Below the pieces are notes generated by a model. That model was given only the letters and a program-made list of their open reading frames with translations, made no database searches and was not told where the DNA came from. Below, in pieces: positions 62,838-64,000 of a DNA stretch of 64,000 nt. A program made the translations under genes and the position numbers. The DNA comes from Scyliorhinus canicula (lineage: Eukaryota), in contig NC_052153.1 in assembly GCF_902713615.1 (NCBI RefSeq), positions 142,553,772 through 142,617,771 on the forward strand. Reading direction: 5' to 3'. The first letter of the stretch is position 1, and each line of letters begins with the position of its first letter.

Positions 62838-63272
62838 TACCCTCATGACAGCCATTTCCGCCCTGGGGAAAATTCTCTGGCTATCCACTCTATCCATGCC
62901 TCTCATCACCATGTACACCTCTATCAAGTCACCTCTCTTCCTTCTTCACTCCAGTGAGAAAAGCCCTAGCTCCCTCAATTTTTCTTCATAAGACATGCCC
63001 TCCAGTCCAGACATCATCCTGGTAAATCTACTCTGCACCCTCTCCAAAGTATCCACATCCTTCCAATAATGAGGCGACCAGAACTGGACACAATATTCCA
63101 AGTGTGGTCTAACTAGGGTTTTATGAAGCTGCAGCAAAACCTTGCGATTCTGAAACTCAATCCCCTTGTTAATGAAAGCCAACACACCATATTTCTTAAC
63201 AACCCTATCAACCTGGGTGGCAACTTTGAGGGATCTATGTACGTGGACCCCAAGATCCCTCTGTTCCTCCTA
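62838..63272 (-). mobile_element. CR1 internal fragment of the same subfamily as 45988-47372
   Basis: LVRPHLEYCVQFWSPHY; shared AGATCCCTCAAAGTTGCCACCCAG. Confidence 0.85.
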
Positions 63273-63273
63273 G

Positions 63274-63642
63274 AGGATCGGAGGTCCCCAGGTGCTTGCC
63301 CTGTGGGAAGGGTGGCACCCAGACACTGCCAGGGTACCAATCTGGCATTTTTTGTGTGACGGGGATTGGTGCCCTACGTGGGTGCAAGGGAAGGGTTCTG
63401 CGGATCCCCAATCAGTGAGGTAGGACTTGAAGGGGTGGGGGGGAGTGTGGTTGGGGGTCGAGAGGTCAGGGCGGCATTTAAAAATGGCGCCCGATCTCTC
63501 CCTGCACTGAGGAGTTCCGGCGAGCTGTGACCCACTGATGGCCGTTCGGTAGCGTGGTGTTTCTCGGCGCTCCGAGCACCGGGAACACCCAGCTAATCGG
63601 GTACTCTATGGGACTATGTTCCCATTTGGGTAAATCGCACCC
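63274..63642. mobile_element. TIR element fragment (Harbinger-like)
   Basis: Ends TAAATCGCACCC followed by ATG; homologous to 32519-32935. Confidence 0.6.
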
Positions 63643-63821
63643 ATGGTGCAGCTTTTCATCTTGCCCTCACCAGGGCACACACAAGAATAGCAAACTGCAA
63701 AGGAAGCAACAATGCATTAGAAAAGGTGCAGATTGGTTGGCAAAACAACTCTGATTGGGTTGAGGCATTGCAATGGAGAATGTACCAAAGATCTGCAATT
63801 CCACGCTTTTGTTATTTAAAA

Positions 63822-64000
63822 TATTTTTATTCAAGCTTTTGAAATTTTAACATTTTAAACAGACAACATAGCAAGGAAAAAACAACACAAACACTCACTC
63901 CCCCCCCAACCTCAACTGAACACCACATTTTGCTTCACCCCCCCCCCCCCACCCCCTTAACAGCTGACGGTAAACAGCTCCTTGAAATGTAGTAGAAACA
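63822..64000 (-). mobile_element. Possible 3' end of an L1-like LINE running off the window
   Basis: TTTTTATT (poly-A signal on the minus strand) followed by A/C-rich and poly-C sequence. Confidence 0.3.

Overview
This is eukaryotic non-coding DNA from a cartilaginous fish. The HE1-type tRNA-derived SINEs, CR1/HER1 LINEs and GC-rich terminal-inverted-repeat (TIR) elements are typical of sharks; the species cannot be determined here. I recognised no intact host gene. Most of the window is nested transposable-element debris: many CR1 LINE copies, about 15 tRNA-derived SINE copies or fragments with three different tails, three decayed Gypsy LTR retrotransposons plus LTRs, a Rex1/Babar LINE fragment, L1-like remnants, and several PIF/Harbinger-type MITEs with 3-bp target-site duplications (TSDs). 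The distinctive structure is at about 24.4-38.5 kb: two arrays of the same 45-bp minisatellite in opposite orientation around a 2.3-kb spacer. The left array holds a very young 5'-truncated CR1 with an uninterrupted reverse transcriptase (RT) frame, duplicated in tandem with its flanking repeats (period 2843 bp). The right array has a 1210-bp higher-order duplication. The RT next to a repeat array is best explained by retrotransposition followed by unequal crossing-over. The sequence alone does not demonstrate a new biological system. Family names come from motif recognition, not database searches, and element boundaries are approximate unless a TSD is quoted.
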